Shown here: piece by piece, positions 18,381 to 26,379 of the stretch
How positions within the stretch are numbered: the first letter of the stretch is position 1
How the letters are laid out: every line of letters begins with the position of its first letter
Source: Beijerinckiaceae bacterium
Lineage (GTDB): Bacteria; Pseudomonadota; Alphaproteobacteria; Rhizobiales; Beijerinckiaceae
DNA length: 64,000 nt
NCBI GenBank assembly: GCA_036745275.1
Contig: DAIOGK010000017.1
Span: 8,456 to 72,455 of the forward strand
Direction: 5' to 3'
The notes under the pieces: generated by a model
What the model saw: only the letters and a program-made list of their open reading frames with translations
Told to the model about the DNA's origin: nothing
Databases searched by the model: none
Made by a program: the position numbers and the translations under genes

Positions 18381-20063
18381 CTACTGCTTGCGCAGCACGC
18401 CCGAGGCGCTGGCCGTCGGGCCGGTATAGTCGACGGCGATCTCATTGGCTCCGTCCAGACTGATCGAAGCTGCATATCGCCGGTCGCCGAAGCTGATCAC
18501 CTTGCCTTCGATGGTGGATTTGGTGATCGGCTGTATAGCATCGCCCAGCGTGAACTGCACCGCGCGCCCGCCAAGCACCACGACGCCTGCGGCTTGACCA
18601 TTCGACAGCTTGCCGCGCCAAGTCCCTTCGAGCAGATCCGCTTCTGCGCCAAGTTCGGAATAGGCGGCCGAAATGTGCTGCGGCAACACCGTGTAATCGC
18701 CGGCGGCGTAGAGGTAGCACGCCCCCTCGACCCGCTTCTTCCGCTGGTCGTCCGCGCAGGATTTCAGCGCCTCGCGCTCCGTTTCCTGCTGGCTTGAGCC
18801 GCCCGATTTGCCATAGATCCAGCCGGTCGGATGCAGCGCCAGCGCCTTGTACCGGAACGGCATCGCATAACCGCGCGCGAGATCAGTCGCCTGAAACTCG
18901 CCGGTCGGAATCATGGCCGGATCGTAGGGGCCGGAATAGGCAACACGCGGCATCGCCTTGATCAGGATCGGCAGCGGGCCGTTCATCGGCTCCAGCTTCT
19001 CGTTCTGGGCAATCAGGCCGCAGGGCATTCCGGCGCTGATCTCGCAGCCCTCCAGCGCCTCGTTGGCGGCAATCTGCACGGTCGGCCGGTTTTCGACCCG
19101 CCAGACCTTGCCCTCGGCCGGCGCCACCGCCAGCGCCCGGTTCGCGGGGGCGTTGAAATAATCGCGCGCCAGCCGCTCGCGGGCATTCTCGGGCAAAGAG
19201 GGTAGCAACGCCGCAACGCGCTCGTTGAACGCGGCGCGCGTGGCCGGGTCTGCCGGCGGCACCTCGGGCTTCAGAGAGGGCGCTATGGCCGGCGCACGTG
19301 TCGCTGGGCCGTCGGCAAGGCTCTGGGCGGGCTTGGGCGGCGGGGCTGTGACCAATTGCGGCGGGGGCCGCATGAGTCGTCGGATGCCGAACCCGGCGGC
19401 ACCCACCAGGCCGATGGCCAGGATGACATAGCCAACGTGAAATTTCCGGCGCCGCTTCGGCTGGGGCAGGGGGGCGAGCGGAGCGGAAATCGGCTGCCCT
19501 TGCGCATCCGTGATGGGAGCAACCCATGTTTCGGGTGCAAAACCGACGCCGAAAATGCGCACCGGGTCGGGAATATTCTTCACCTGCGCCTTGCCGCGAT
19601 CGGTGAACTCCACCGAAAACTTGCCGCGCACCGTGTCGCGCACCATCTGCGACACCGCGATGCCTCCTTCGGGCGCCAGCGTCTGCAACCGCGCGGCGAT
19701 GTTCACTGCATCGCCATAGACATCGCCCGGCACGACGATCACATCGCCGACATTGATGCCGATCCTGAGGTGCTGCTGGCGATCTTCGGCTAGGCTGGCA
19801 TTCGTCGCCTGCACACCGGACTGGATCTCCACGCTCGCGCGCACCGCATCGACCGCGCTCGGGAAGCTGGCGATGAAGCCGTCGCCGGTCCATTTCACCA
19901 CATCGCCGTTGTTGCGCGACACACACGGGGTGATGACCCCGCTCTGCAACACGCGCAGCTGGGCGAAGGTGCCGTTCTCATCATGGGCCATCATCCGGCT
20001 GTATCCGGCGATGTCGGCCACCACGATGGCCAGCAACCGGCGCTGTTCAGGCGGGTGGTTCAT
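18381..20063 (-). CDS. Membrane-anchored class III adenylate/guanylate cyclase with extracytoplasmic C-terminal region
   Basis: N-terminal CHD: LLAIVVADIAGYSRMM...KWTGDGFIASF...RIGINVGDVIVVPGDVYGDAVNIAARLQ. One TM (VGYVILAIGLVGAAGFGI), a Pro-rich linker, then about 270 aa with two Cys-pair modules. Confidence 0.85.
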   Translation of the reverse strand: MNHPPEQRRLLAIVVADIAGYSRMMAHDENGTFAQLRVLQSGVITPCVSRNNGDVVKWTGDGFIASFPSAVDAVRASVEIQSGVQATNASLAEDRQQHLRIGINVGDVIVVPGDVYGDAVNIAARLQTLAPEGGIAVSQMVRDTVRGKFSVEFTDRGKAQVKNIPDPVRIFGVGFAPETWVAPITDAQGQPISAPLAPLPQPKRRRKFHVGYVILAIGLVGAAGFGIRRLMRPPPQLVTAPPPKPAQSLADGPATRAPAIAPSLKPEVPPADPATRAAFNERVAALLPSLPENARERLARDYFNAPANRALAVAPAEGKVWRVENRPTVQIAANEALEGCEISAGMPCGLIAQNEKLEPMNGPLPILIKAMPRVAYSGPYDPAMIPTGEFQATDLARGYAMPFRYKALALHPTGWIYGKSGGSSQQETEREALKSCADDQRKKRVEGACYLYAAGDYTVLPQHISAAYSELGAEADLLEGTWRGKLSNGQAAGVVVLGGRAVQFTLGDAIQPITKSTIEGKVISFGDRRYAASISLDGANEIAVDYTGPTASASGVLRKQ

Positions 20064-20411
20064 GGGAATCTTTCGGCAGGTAACGGTTCGCGCTTTCTAA
20101 CGCGGTCTGATGACGGCGAAAAGAAGGCGTTTGGCGTGTTCCGCATTACAGTTTGGAAACAATGCGCCTTGCAACTTCTGCCTTCTTCGCACAAAGGCAG
20201 GCGGATGGCAGCCTGCGGGCACGATGGTCCAAGTTCGGGGCAGGAAATCATGATTGGGGCTCCGGACCGGAAAATTCCGCGCTGCGCGGTGCGCAACATG
20301 GTCGGTCAACAGGCGGTATTGCGTGGGCAGATTATGAGGTAAAATAATACCGTTATTTTTAAAATATTGAAATTAAAAGGTATTTCCAATTAGTGATGGG
20401 TGTCATGTCCC

Positions 20412-20440
20412 TTGACGTCGCAAAATCAATCGCTTAGAGA
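20412..20440 (+). promoter_or_regulatory. Candidate sigma-70 promoter of rplM-rpsI
   Basis: TTGACG (20412-17), 17-nt spacer, TAGAGA (20435-40). Immediately downstream of a ~65-bp AT-rich, UP-element-like tract. Confidence 0.4.
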
Positions 20441-20453
20441 CAGCGCAACCTTG

Positions 20454-20481
20454 GCGGCGGGCTTTCCGCCGCTTTTGTGTT
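20454..20481 (+). terminator. Terminator-like hairpin inside the rplM 5' leader (possible attenuator)
   Basis: GCGGCGG-gcttt-CCGCCGC followed by TTTTGTGTT. Sits about 10 nt after the predicted TSS and 30 nt before the rplM ATG. Confidence 0.5.
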
Positions 20482-20510
20482 CAAGTTTCACACCCACACG
20501 GGATTGTTCC

Positions 20511-20975
20511 ATGAAGACCTATTCGGCCAAGACCGCCGAGGTCGAGAAGAAGTGGCTGCTGATCGACGCGAAAGGTCTCGTCGTCGGCCGCCTCGCCTCG
20601 ATCATCGCGATGCGCTTGCGCGGCAAGCACAAGCCCACCTTCACGCCCCACATCGATTGCGGCGACAACGTGATCGTCATCAACGCCGACAAGGTGGTGC
20701 TGACGGGCCGCAAGCGTGACCAGAAGGTGTATTACCATCACACCGGCTACATCGGCGGCATCAAGGAGCGGTCGGCGAAGTTCATTCTCGAAGGTCGCTT
20801 CCCGGAACGCGTCGTCGAGAAGGCGGTCGAGCGTATGCTGCCGCGGGGGCCGCTGGGCCGCCAGCAACTGTCGAACCTGCGCGTCTACAAGGGCGACAAG
20901 CACCCCCACGAAGCCCAGCAGCCGGTGGCGTTTGACGTCGCTTCCCTCAACTCCAAGAATTCGAGGCTCGGCTAA
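20511..20975 (+). CDS. rplM: 50S ribosomal protein L13
   Basis: [47 protein letters not shown]. Confidence 0.97.
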   Translation: MKTYSAKTAEVEKKWLLIDAKGLVVGRLASIIAMRLRGKHKPTFTPHIDCGDNVIVINADKVVLTGRKRDQKVYYHHTGYIGGIKERSAKFILEGRFPERVVEKAVERMLPRGPLGRQQLSNLRVYKGDKHPHEAQQPVAFDVASLNSKNSRLG

Positions 20976-21451
20976 TGGCTACGCTCCAGTCCCTCGGTGA
21001 TCTCGCCGGTGCCACCGCGCCTGCCGCTCCGGAAGCTCCGGTCCACGTCCAGAAGCTGGACAAGCTCGGTCGCGCCTATGCGACCGGCAAGCGCAAGGAC
21101 GCGGTTGCCCGCGTCTGGATCAAGCCCGGCAAGGGCGAGATCAAGATCAATGACCGTGACGTCGAGGTCTATTTCGCTCGTCCGGTTCTGCGGATGCTGC
21201 TCACCCAGCCGCTCGGCGTTGCCAACCGCGTTGGCCAGTACGACGTGATGGTGAATGTGGTCGGCGGTGGCCTTTCGGGCCAGGCCGGCGCGGTGCGCCA
21301 CGGCCTTGCCAAGGCGCTGACCTATTACGAGCCGGAACTGCGTTCCCCGCTCAAGAAGGCTGGCTTCCTCAGCCGCGACAGCCGCGTGGTCGAGCGCAAG
21401 AAGTACGGTCACAAGAAGGCCCGCCGCAGCTTCCAGTTCTCGAAGCGCTAA
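20975..21451 (+). CDS. rpsI: 30S ribosomal protein S9
   Basis: …[21 protein letters not shown]…[19 protein letters not shown]…[23 protein letters not shown] overlap with rplM. Confidence 0.97.
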   Translation: MATLQSLGDLAGATAPAAPEAPVHVQKLDKLGRAYATGKRKDAVARVWIKPGKGEIKINDRDVEVYFARPVLRMLLTQPLGVANRVGQYDVMVNVVGGGLSGQAGAVRHGLAKALTYYEPELRSPLKKAGFLSRDSRVVERKKYGHKKARRSFQFSKR

Positions 21452-21473
21452 GCGGTTCTTCTGTCACGAATGC

Positions 21474-21504
21474 AAAACCCGGCAGCGATGCCGGGTTTTT
21501 TATT
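21474..21504. terminator. Strong bidirectional intrinsic terminator after rpsI
   Basis: Perfect 11-bp stem AAAACCCGGCA-gcga-TGCCGGGTTTT followed by TTATT. The reverse strand also ends in a T-run. Overlaps the stop of the convergent 225-aa ORF. Confidence 0.85.
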
Positions 21505-22177
21505 GCGCGTCTGATGGCGCCTTGGCGCCGGCCATGAACAGAATGAACTCCTTCACGCGCAGGTCGCTGATGGGAGCCGGGCGCGCGCGGCGTTCCGCGC
21601 TTTCCTGCAAGAGCGCACGCACCTCGGCGATGGTCTCGGCAGAAACCGGCGATCGCCGGAGACATTCAAGGTAATCCAGAAAGTTATCGGCTCTTGCGGT
21701 CCATTGGGGATAGGCGCGGCCACCGGTGGCAGCATGGGCAACGCGGGAATCCCAGATGGCAAAATGCACCGGATTGATGAAATGCAGCACCTTCGACGTT
21801 GCAATCGTGCTGCGGTTGCACAGCGCGATGAGCGGCTCAAGGCCGTCCAAGGTCGGTTCAATGCCGGCCCGTGCGCGTTGAAGAGCGGTGCACTGCGCCT
21901 GATACCGGCGGATCGGATCCGAAAAATCGGTCAGCAGGCCACGCCCCATCCAGGAGTAGACCAGGATCAGCCCCTGCCAGAAGCGCTGAGCATCGCCATC
22001 CGAACCGTCGAAGGTGCAATCGGCGAAGTGGGCGAGAATAAAAGAGTAGGACCCGAGGTAGAACTGGCTCCGGTCTTTCTGCGTATCCAGACGGATTTGT
22101 GCGCTGTTCTCGCGCCAGAGTTCATCGAGACGGAACGTGTCGCCCGGAAGGAAATGCAAGCCAGATGCACGCGCCAT
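21500..22177 (-). CDS. Hypothetical protein, 225 aa, no family recognised
   Basis: Clean ORF with plausible codon usage and no TM or signal peptide. The only notable motif is STIATSKVLHFINPVHFAIWDSRV. Confidence 0.6.
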   Translation of the reverse strand: MARASGLHFLPGDTFRLDELWRENSAQIRLDTQKDRSQFYLGSYSFILAHFADCTFDGSDGDAQRFWQGLILVYSWMGRGLLTDFSDPIRRYQAQCTALQRARAGIEPTLDGLEPLIALCNRSTIATSKVLHFINPVHFAIWDSRVAHAATGGRAYPQWTARADNFLDYLECLRRSPVSAETIAEVRALLQESAERRARPAPISDLRVKEFILFMAGAKAPSDAQ

Positions 22178-22353
22178 TATGGCATTACCACAGGCATATC
22201 GCTGATATCCCGCACGATGTTGATGTCAGACGCGCCCGCAGCCTCAATGGCGGCGCGATGGAGTGGCAGCGGCGTGCCGGTGAGCGTCAATATCTGGGCG
22301 CTGGCGCCGGGTGTTGGCAGCGCAACAACAAGGGCGACGGGCGTGAGACGCAT
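22177..22353 (-). CDS. Candidate small secreted protein (58 aa), translationally coupled to the 225-aa ORF
   Basis: Below the track cutoff; my own translation is MRLTPVALVVALPTPGASAQILTLTGTPLPLHRAAIEAAGASDINIVRDISDMPVVMP. Signal-peptide-like N-terminus. Stop TAA overlaps the downstream ATG (TAATG). Confidence 0.3.
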   Translation of the reverse strand: MRLTPVALVVALPTPGASAQILTLTGTPLPLHRAAIEAAGASDINIVRDISDMPVVMP

Positions 22354-22454
22354 GATGGCCCCCGGAGTTCATCGGGACATCATACATGGACCGGGCCGCA
22401 AGGAAATGGGGCCGGCGCCTGTGTTGGCCCGGCGCTCCCCCCCGTTCGCGGCGG

Positions 22455-23537
22455 TCAGGCGGCCTGGCAGGTCGAGACGACGATGCGGTTGCGCCCCGCA
22501 TTCTTGGCGGCATAGAGCGAGGCGTCAGCAGCCTTGATCATGTCATCGAGCTTGCCGCCGGACGGGCTGTGGCAAAGCCCGCCACTGATGGTGATGTCGA
22601 GGCTGAGCGCGCCGACCCTGACCGGCGTTTGCGCAATTTTCGCCCGGATCCGCCCGGCTATGGCTTGTGCCACTTCCGGCGGGCAGTTCCTGAGAATGAT
22701 CAGAAATTCCTCACCGCCATAGCGGGCAACGTGGTCATCGGCGCGAACCGTTGATCGGATCCGGTGGGCGATGTCCACCAGCACCGCATCGCCGACCGGG
22801 TGCCCGTGGGTATCATTGATTGCCTTGAAGCGGTCCACGTCGAGGATCAGGACCGCTGCGCCATGCTGGTCCGTCTGGCTCCGGCTCAGGTCTTCGATCA
22901 CGCGCATCGTTGCGGCGCGGTTGAGCAATCCGGTCAGCGGATCATGCGATGCTGCATGGGAGAGCGACTGGTTCTGCTTCGAGATCGACTGGGCGATGCT
23001 GGCGATTTTCCGGTTGGAAAGCCGCTGTTCCATCTGGTTCATGACCAGTTTGCCAAAAGCTTCAAGGTCCCGCGAATTCTCCGCACTGAAGGTGCGCGGC
23101 ACAAGATCAAGGATGCAGAACGTCCCCAGATTAAAGCCATTTCGGCTGCGGAGCGGCGTCGCGGCATAAAAGCGCAGGCCGTTATCCTTTGCCACCAGCG
23201 GATTGGCGAGCGCGTTCGGATCACGACGGAGTTCTTCGGCGATGTAGCAATCGTCCTGCATGATCGCCGAGGCGCACAAGCCGGGGCCACGCGCAATTTC
23301 GTCTACATCGTCAAGGCCATAGGCCGATTTGAACCAGACCCGGTCCTTGTCCACCAGACTGACAATCGCGATCGGCACCCCGAAGTACTTCGCCGCAAGC
23401 CGCGTGATGTCGTCGAACGCCCCATCCGGGGGCGTATCGAGAATCCGATAGGCGTGAAGCTCGTGCAGCCGGCCGGCTTCGTCCGTGAGTCTGTCAGGCA
23501 AATTCTTCTTGTCGTCGGGCGTGTGCATTGTCCGCAT
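22455..23537 (-). CDS. GAF-domain diguanylate cyclase (GGDEF)
   Basis: N-terminal GAF (LHAYRILDTPPDGAFDDITRLAAKYFGVPIAIVSLVDKDRVWFKS…) and C-terminal GGDEF with an active-site GGEEF. An RxxD I-site (RADD) lies five residues upstream of GGEEF. Confidence 0.9.
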   Translation of the reverse strand: MRTMHTPDDKKNLPDRLTDEAGRLHELHAYRILDTPPDGAFDDITRLAAKYFGVPIAIVSLVDKDRVWFKSAYGLDDVDEIARGPGLCASAIMQDDCYIAEELRRDPNALANPLVAKDNGLRFYAATPLRSRNGFNLGTFCILDLVPRTFSAENSRDLEAFGKLVMNQMEQRLSNRKIASIAQSISKQNQSLSHAASHDPLTGLLNRAATMRVIEDLSRSQTDQHGAAVLILDVDRFKAINDTHGHPVGDAVLVDIAHRIRSTVRADDHVARYGGEEFLIILRNCPPEVAQAIAGRIRAKIAQTPVRVGALSLDITISGGLCHSPSGGKLDDMIKAADASLYAAKNAGRNRIVVSTCQAA

Positions 23538-23780
23538 CTTCTTGTTGTTCAGGAGAACGTGTCACATCCAAGTGCAACTGTGTGGGGTGGAATAATCTGA
23601 TTATATCGGCGATGGATCGATACCTCGAATGCAATCTAGGATTGCAGTTGAGGCAGAATGAACCGTCCGGAGCGCTTCGCAGCAAAAATATTAAACTTGG
23701 ATTAACCAACGCGGAGACAGCGCGCGGGCGACGTGATGTCACCGGTCGCGATCAGGGAAAGCATCAGGCGAGCGACGGCG

Positions 23781-24929
23781 CTATGCCTGCGGCAGGGTAG
23801 GGGCTAGAGCGGCCGTGTCGGTCGGTGCGGCGTCACCGGCAATCACTGTTTCGCCTGCCTCGTCTTCACCCTCGCCCGTGATCTCACTCATGGTGATGAT
23901 GCGGATGGCCGAAGCGCGCCATTCCGCGATGCGCATGTAATTGTCCACCAGCCAGCCAATAGCAACCTGAACCTGGGTAAAGGCCAGGGCCAGTTGAACG
24001 ATCTGGCCGATGGTAAGCTGATCGGTCAGGATGCCTGGTGCGCCGAGAATGAGCGGCAGGATCGGCGTCAGCGCGGAATTGGAATTGGTGAGCCACGTCA
24101 GCCGGACGTGCTGGCGCACGAGTTCTGTCCAGCACACAACGACACCCCGATAGGATTGCAGCAGTCCCTCACGCAGGTCCTTCCGCTCGGCCATGTCGCC
24201 CTCGCTGCGTTCCACAGCCTCGCGGCTGCGGATCAGCGCAGAGCGGAAGCGTGCCTCCGCCTCGTTGCGGAGAGCGGAGACCGGCGTCAGATGCCGACCG
24301 ACCATCGGCACCAGAACATTGATGATGACGCCGTAAATCAGGGCTGCGAGCACGAAATAGGCCGGGATCGTGACCCCGCCAATCGCGATGTTGCCGCCGA
24401 CACTCCACAAGACGCCGAGAAACGACAGCCCGGTAATCGTGGCGGAGAAAAAGCCGATGCCGAAATCAACCATCGGTTCGGTCGCCATGCGCACATCGTC
24501 GGAGATGCGGTATTCTGCGTGTTCAAGCTCGTGGTGCAGATGATGCTGGCGGTCGGTATCGCCTGTCAGCCAATCGTTGAGCAGCCGCCGGGTGAGCCAT
24601 TCGCGCCAGGCGACCTGAAGCGTCTCGCGCAGATAGACAATCGCCGCGCCTACAGCGGCAAGGCAAGCGATCAGCGGGCCGATGACCAGAATGGCCGAAA
24701 CGAGATCATCCTCATCCCGTGCTTCCAGACTGTCGAAAAACCAGCGGTTCCAGCCGTTGACACCGAGGTCAACCGCAAGCCGCCCAAGCAACGCGATACC
24801 GAGCAGCAGGGTGAGCACAACCGCGCGCCAGCCGGAACTGCGCATCCAGAAACCACCCGCATAGGCAAAAAACGCCACCACAACCGGGATAATCCCGTGT
24901 GATTTTGGCTTCTCCCGGCCGCCGGTCAT
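23781..24929 (-). CDS. SbmA/BacA-like inner-membrane transporter (ABC_membrane_2-type TMD, no ATPase domain)
   Basis: NGWNRWFFDSLE…VAWREWLTRRLLNDWL…EYRISDDVRMA parallels the BacA motifs INAWYAPFYDLIQ / FRWRTAMNEHYMAHW / QRVQEDTMRF (from memory). Start uncertain (24995, 24974 or 24929). Confidence 0.7.
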   Translation of the reverse strand: MTGGREKPKSHGIIPVVVAFFAYAGGFWMRSSGWRAVVLTLLLGIALLGRLAVDLGVNGWNRWFFDSLEARDEDDLVSAILVIGPLIACLAAVGAAIVYLRETLQVAWREWLTRRLLNDWLTGDTDRQHHLHHELEHAEYRISDDVRMATEPMVDFGIGFFSATITGLSFLGVLWSVGGNIAIGGVTIPAYFVLAALIYGVIINVLVPMVGRHLTPVSALRNEAEARFRSALIRSREAVERSEGDMAERKDLREGLLQSYRGVVVCWTELVRQHVRLTWLTNSNSALTPILPLILGAPGILTDQLTIGQIVQLALAFTQVQVAIGWLVDNYMRIAEWRASAIRIITMSEITGEGEDEAGETVIAGDAAPTDTAALAPTLPQA

Positions 24930-25097
24930 ACACGCTCTCCGCGCCGGATCTGACGCAACGGCTTCACTCCTCATCAGGGTAAGTGAATTTCCCATGACTG
25001 GGAGAATTGGGGAAGCATTTTTTGTCGGACATCATTTGTATGACAAGTCGATATCGCTTGGTATAGTCGCGGCAACACCAGAACAGGAGGGCCGGCC

Positions 25098-26207
25098 ATG
25101 GCAAAAATCGTGCGGGTCGAGGCATTCATGCTCGATCTCAAGCCGAAGGTGAAGCGGACGGATGCGATCCAGTCCTTCGTCAGCCAGGAAACGCCGATGG
25201 TGCGCATCATAGATACGGATGGCGCAGTGGGGTTGGGCTATTCCTACACCATCGGCACAGGTGGTCCAGCGGTGATGAGCCTGATCGAGCGCACCTTCGG
25301 CCCCGCGCTGATCGGGCGTGAGGCCGATGAGGTCGAGCGCATCTGGCGCGACCTGATGTTCATGAGCCATGCCACCATGGTCGGCGCGATCACGGCGTTG
25401 GCGCTCGCCGCCATCGATACGGCGCTGTGGGATTTGAAGGCCCGGCGGCTGTCGCAGCCGCTGCATCGGCTGGCAGGTGGCGCGCAGGAGAAAATCCGTC
25501 TTTACAGCACCGAGGGCGGCTGGCTGCATCTGTCGCCCGAGGCACTCGTGGAAGATGCGTTCAAGACGCAGGAGCGCGGCTTCTTCGGCGCCAAGGTCAA
25601 GATCGGGCGCCCGCATGTCAGCGAGGATGTGGCCCGGCTCTCTGCCGTGCGCAACGCGGTCGGTCCGGCCTTCGACATCATGACCGATGCCAATCAGGCT
25701 TTCGCGGTTGATGAGGCAATCCGTCGCGCCCGGCATTATGAACCGCTCGACATTGCCTGGTTCGAGGAGCCGCTGCCCGCCGATGATCTCGATGGGCACA
25801 TCCGCCTTTCGGCCAGCACCAGTGTGCCTGTTGCTGTGGGCGAGAGCATCTACAGCCACCTCCATTTCCGGGAGTATCTCCAGAAAGGGGCCTGCTCGGT
25901 GGTGCAGGTGGATGTGGCGCGCATCGGTGGTATCACGCCCTGGCTGAAGGTTGCGCATCTTGCCGAATGCTTCAACGTGCCGGTCTGCCCGCACTTCCTG
26001 ATGGAGTTGCACGTCGCGCTCTGCTGCGCGGTGCCGAACGCGCGTTGGGTGGAATACATCCCGCAACTCGACACGGTTACGACGTCGCAGATGCGGATCG
26101 AAAAGGGGCACGCGCTGCCATCGATGCAGCCGGGCCTCGGCATCGACTGGGATGAAAAAGCGCTGGCGCGCGAAACCGTCGCGGGATCGGCTTTCTCGTT
26201 GCAATAG
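25098..26207 (+). CDS. Enolase-superfamily enzyme (mandelate racemase/muconate lactonizing family, sugar-acid dehydratase-like)
   Basis: 369 aa: KVKIGRP…DANQAF…WFEEPL…GESIYS pattern of metal ligands. Substrate not assignable. Confidence 0.85.
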   Translation: MAKIVRVEAFMLDLKPKVKRTDAIQSFVSQETPMVRIIDTDGAVGLGYSYTIGTGGPAVMSLIERTFGPALIGREADEVERIWRDLMFMSHATMVGAITALALAAIDTALWDLKARRLSQPLHRLAGGAQEKIRLYSTEGGWLHLSPEALVEDAFKTQERGFFGAKVKIGRPHVSEDVARLSAVRNAVGPAFDIMTDANQAFAVDEAIRRARHYEPLDIAWFEEPLPADDLDGHIRLSASTSVPVAVGESIYSHLHFREYLQKGACSVVQVDVARIGGITPWLKVAHLAECFNVPVCPHFLMELHVALCCAVPNARWVEYIPQLDTVTTSQMRIEKGHALPSMQPGLGIDWDEKALARETVAGSAFSLQ

Positions 26208-26379
26208 ACGCCGGCAATTCGTGCGTCCGCATTTCGCGGGCCGCTTGAACCCGGCCCGCCAAGCGATTCTGATGACTCATGATTTCAGCAAAAGCTGAAT
26301 CAGGACACGAGGCATTGCCTGCGCGTCAGGAACGGTGCGCCCCGGCAGCCGGCAGAGGTTTCGCAGGAAGAGGAGCCAG

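Noticed and set aside
21704-22537. 277-aa + strand ORF across the orphan cassette
   Set aside because: Antisense to the 225-aa ORF and the 58-codon ORF. The translation is Arg/Ala/Gly-rich, and it would run into the GGDEF gene's 3' end.
25032-26204. 390-aa - strand ORF
   Set aside because: Antisense to the enolase-superfamily gene.
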